A DNA stretch of 64,000 nt, taken from contig CAVZRV010000010.1 of NCBI GenBank assembly GCA_963777605.1, positions 1 through 64,000 of the forward strand, read 5' to 3'. Positions 61,771 through 64,000 of this stretch are shown here, piece by piece. Under the pieces are notes generated by a model. That model worked only from the letters and a program-made list of their open reading frames with translations. It was not told the origin of the DNA and searched no databases. Every line of letters begins with the position of its first letter. The first letter of the stretch is position 1. The position numbers were made by a program, and so were the translations under genes. This DNA is from an uncultured Acidobacteriota bacterium. GTDB lineage: Bacteria > Acidobacteriota > UBA6911 > RPQK01 > JAPXNP01.

Positions 61771-62697
61771 GTGGAGGAGTCCCAGGGAAACGCTGGTCCG
61801 GATGCCCTTCGTGACGGCCCCATTCCGCTCGGAGCGGCTCTCCTGACGCTTCTGTTGTGTGCCTTTTGGGGAGGCCTCTCCCCCACTATCAAGATTGCGG
61901 TGACCTCGGTGCCGCCCCTGGCAGTGGCGTTCTGGCGCTTCCTGATCGGGCTGGTGTGTGTCTGGATCTGGTGCCGGTCCAATGGAATCCCGTACCTGGT
62001 TCCTCGACAGCAGCTCTTCGCGGTCTTCGGGTTCTCGATGATTTTCACCGCCCAGATTGCCTTCATTAATATCGGCACCCAAATCACACTGGCCAGCTAC
62101 TCCGCGGTTTTGCTCAACACGAGCCCGTTGTTCGTAGCAATAATGGCCCACTGGATTCTGCCCAATGATCGCCTCAGCGGCCGCCGGGTCACCGGCCTGA
62201 TCCTGGCATTCATTGGGATCGCAGTGCTCTTCATGGGTCGAACCGGCTCCACCGGGTCGCTGCTGGGGAACGCACTCTGCCTGCTCAGTGGTTTTCTTCT
62301 CGGCTCGCTGCAAATCACCGGAAAGCGCCTGCTCCGAGACCTGTCTCCATTTCAGGTGGTGTTCTGGGAATTCGCCTTCGCACTCCCCGTGTTCGGCCTT
62401 CTCAGCCTCGTGTTCGAACCGGCCTCGGGGCCGATTACCCTGCCGGTGGCTGCGAGCATTGTCTACCAGGGACTGGTTGTGGCCGGAGTCTGCTTCGTGG
62501 CCTGGCTGGTTCTGCTGAGCCGGTACTCTGCCACTGGCCTTTCCTCTTTCCAGTTCAGCATTCCCGTGTTTGGAGTTCTGCTCAGCCGATTCCTGCTCGG
62601 TGAACCCTGGTCAGCCCAACTGCTGATTGCGCTACCCCTGGTTGCCGTGGGGATCTTGCTGGTAACTCGCCAAAAAAAAGTAAACCGCGTCCCGTGA
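61771..62697 (+). CDS. DMT/EamA family transporter
   Basis: About 10 TM segments in two EamA repeats. Confidence 0.88.
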   Translation: MEESQGNAGPDALRDGPIPLGAALLTLLLCAFWGGLSPTIKIAVTSVPPLAVAFWRFLIGLVCVWIWCRSNGIPYLVPRQQLFAVFGFSMIFTAQIAFINIGTQITLASYSAVLLNTSPLFVAIMAHWILPNDRLSGRRVTGLILAFIGIAVLFMGRTGSTGSLLGNALCLLSGFLLGSLQITGKRLLRDLSPFQVVFWEFAFALPVFGLLSLVFEPASGPITLPVAASIVYQGLVVAGVCFVAWLVLLSRYSATGLSSFQFSIPVFGVLLSRFLLGEPWSAQLLIALPLVAVGILLVTRQKKVNRVP

Positions 62698-62781
62698 GCT
62701 GAGTCCTTTGTCCGATTGCTCCTATCAGTCCGAACTGGCCCCATCCCTTTGACCAAGGAGACACCCTCGGGGACGGTTATC

Positions 62782-63924
62782 CTACTCGGCGTCGGGTTGA
62801 TAGCGGTTGACCGGTTCCCAGACCAGTCGCAGAGAAACCTTTCCTACGGCGCAACTGACTGACCCGGGTTCCCCGGCCATCAATCGGTTCCAGTCGGGCT
62901 TCTCCTCGAATCCAGTATAGAAGAGGGTGAACTCGTTCTTGTCGCCGGGAATGAGACCCAGCGGAGTCCGCACCTCCTTCGACCAGCTGCCGGGCTGCGG
63001 TTGGATCTGCAGGCTTCGCCCGGGGCTCCAGTGAATTCCGTCGGTCGAAAAACTGTACCCAATCGAATCGGCTTGGTCATCGTCGTAGACGCCCAGGTAG
63101 AGACCGGGACGTTCGAGCAGGACAATCGGATTCTCGATAAAGCGTTTCTCAATCGGCACCGGGTTCAGTTCAGCACAACGCTTCCAGGGCCCTTCCAAGG
63201 CGGGTGCCCGGGCCAACCCGACCAGCCAGGATTCAATCGGGAGGCTACCCGTCTTGGCACTTCCGTAGAAGGCGTACCAGGCCTCTCCGACGGGGAAAGG
63301 AAAGAATGAGTCGGTTCCCTGCAACCCCTCCCAGGACTCTGATTGCGGACCGGGTTCGAGCACGATTCCCTGGTCGGCGTAGGGACCACCGATCCCCGCT
63401 GGACCAGCGACATCGGAGAGAGCTCTCCAGATGCGCCCCTCGTGGTTCAGGAGGAACTGGGAGTCCGTGTTGGGTTTCGATTGGTAGGCGACGTAGAAGA
63501 GGTTCCATCGTCGTGCAGACTCATCATAGACCGGCATCGGTGACCACAGCGCAGCCCGTTGATCGTCCCCGGTCAGGTCGCCGGAGGATTCGAACAAGGT
63601 GGCTTCACGGGTCCACGAATTACCGTCCGGGCTCGTCCAATGCCCCAGTCGCATCTTGACCCAGATCGGATCGCCCACCATTTCGGAGGTGAAGAGATGG
63701 AAGACGCCATCCAGCTTGATCACTCTTCCTCCTTCGAACCCATACTGAATATCTTCCGCGCCCGGAGATCTCGTGGTCAGAACGGGCTTCTCGAGGTTAT
63801 CCCCGAGTACGAGGCGCGGTTCGATCGGGCTTCGGCCACATCCGGCACCCACCAGCACGCAGACAACCGGAAGGATGAGCCGGAACAAACCCGACTCCAA
63901 CAAGGAGAAAAGCGAACCCCGCAT
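62782..63924 (-). CDS. Putative lipoprotein, five-bladed beta-propeller glycoside hydrolase-like
   Basis: Lipobox-like VGAGC; Asp-box-like TSPDGNSW and FSTDGIHW; WSP, ENP and GPW motifs. Confidence 0.65.
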   Translation of the reverse strand: MRGSLFSLLESGLFRLILPVVCVLVGAGCGRSPIEPRLVLGDNLEKPVLTTRSPGAEDIQYGFEGGRVIKLDGVFHLFTSEMVGDPIWVKMRLGHWTSPDGNSWTREATLFESSGDLTGDDQRAALWSPMPVYDESARRWNLFYVAYQSKPNTDSQFLLNHEGRIWRALSDVAGPAGIGGPYADQGIVLEPGPQSESWEGLQGTDSFFPFPVGEAWYAFYGSAKTGSLPIESWLVGLARAPALEGPWKRCAELNPVPIEKRFIENPIVLLERPGLYLGVYDDDQADSIGYSFSTDGIHWSPGRSLQIQPQPGSWSKEVRTPLGLIPGDKNEFTLFYTGFEEKPDWNRLMAGEPGSVSCAVGKVSLRLVWEPVNRYQPDAE

Positions 63925-64000
63925 GATGTGACTCCTGTCGCCAATTGAACCCTGAAACGGTTAACCTTGTCAGTATCTCGCGGTGACCGGGCATTGTCGA

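Overview
GC-rich bacterial chromosomal segment, most likely Acidobacteriota (inferred from a Pal with an Ig-like insert, a giant PilX-like minor pilin and miaB-DUF151 linkage). Bases 1-5967 look like the right end of an island integrated at tRNA-Lys. They hold frameshifted sbcD/sbcC, stubs of DUF262 and DUF6361 genes, phage-like HTH and membrane ORFs, and a 46-bp tRNA-Lys 3' duplicate (att). A second accessory patch follows: DUF3427 helicase remnant, DUF4160/DUF2442 pair, bacterial PARG, O-methyltransferase and hydrolases. Next come a REP-flanked sulfite reductase/siroheme module, an SLC13-TrkA_C permease and a type IV minor pilin operon with a CRP/FNR-type class II promoter. The rest is core genome: rarA, trmH, tsaC, xdhC, alsT, ArnT-like GT, mutS, tsaB-rimI, htrA, ssb, tol-pal, recN, miaB, a XerCD dif site, glnA-glnE/glnB-glnD and cimA. 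The best unannotated signal is a 43-46 aa Ile-rich leader peptide with mutually exclusive hairpins upstream of cimA, a candidate isoleucine-sensing attenuator without an obvious intrinsic terminator. Frameshifts occur in about the first 31 kb, including housekeeping genes, and many are probably sequencing errors.
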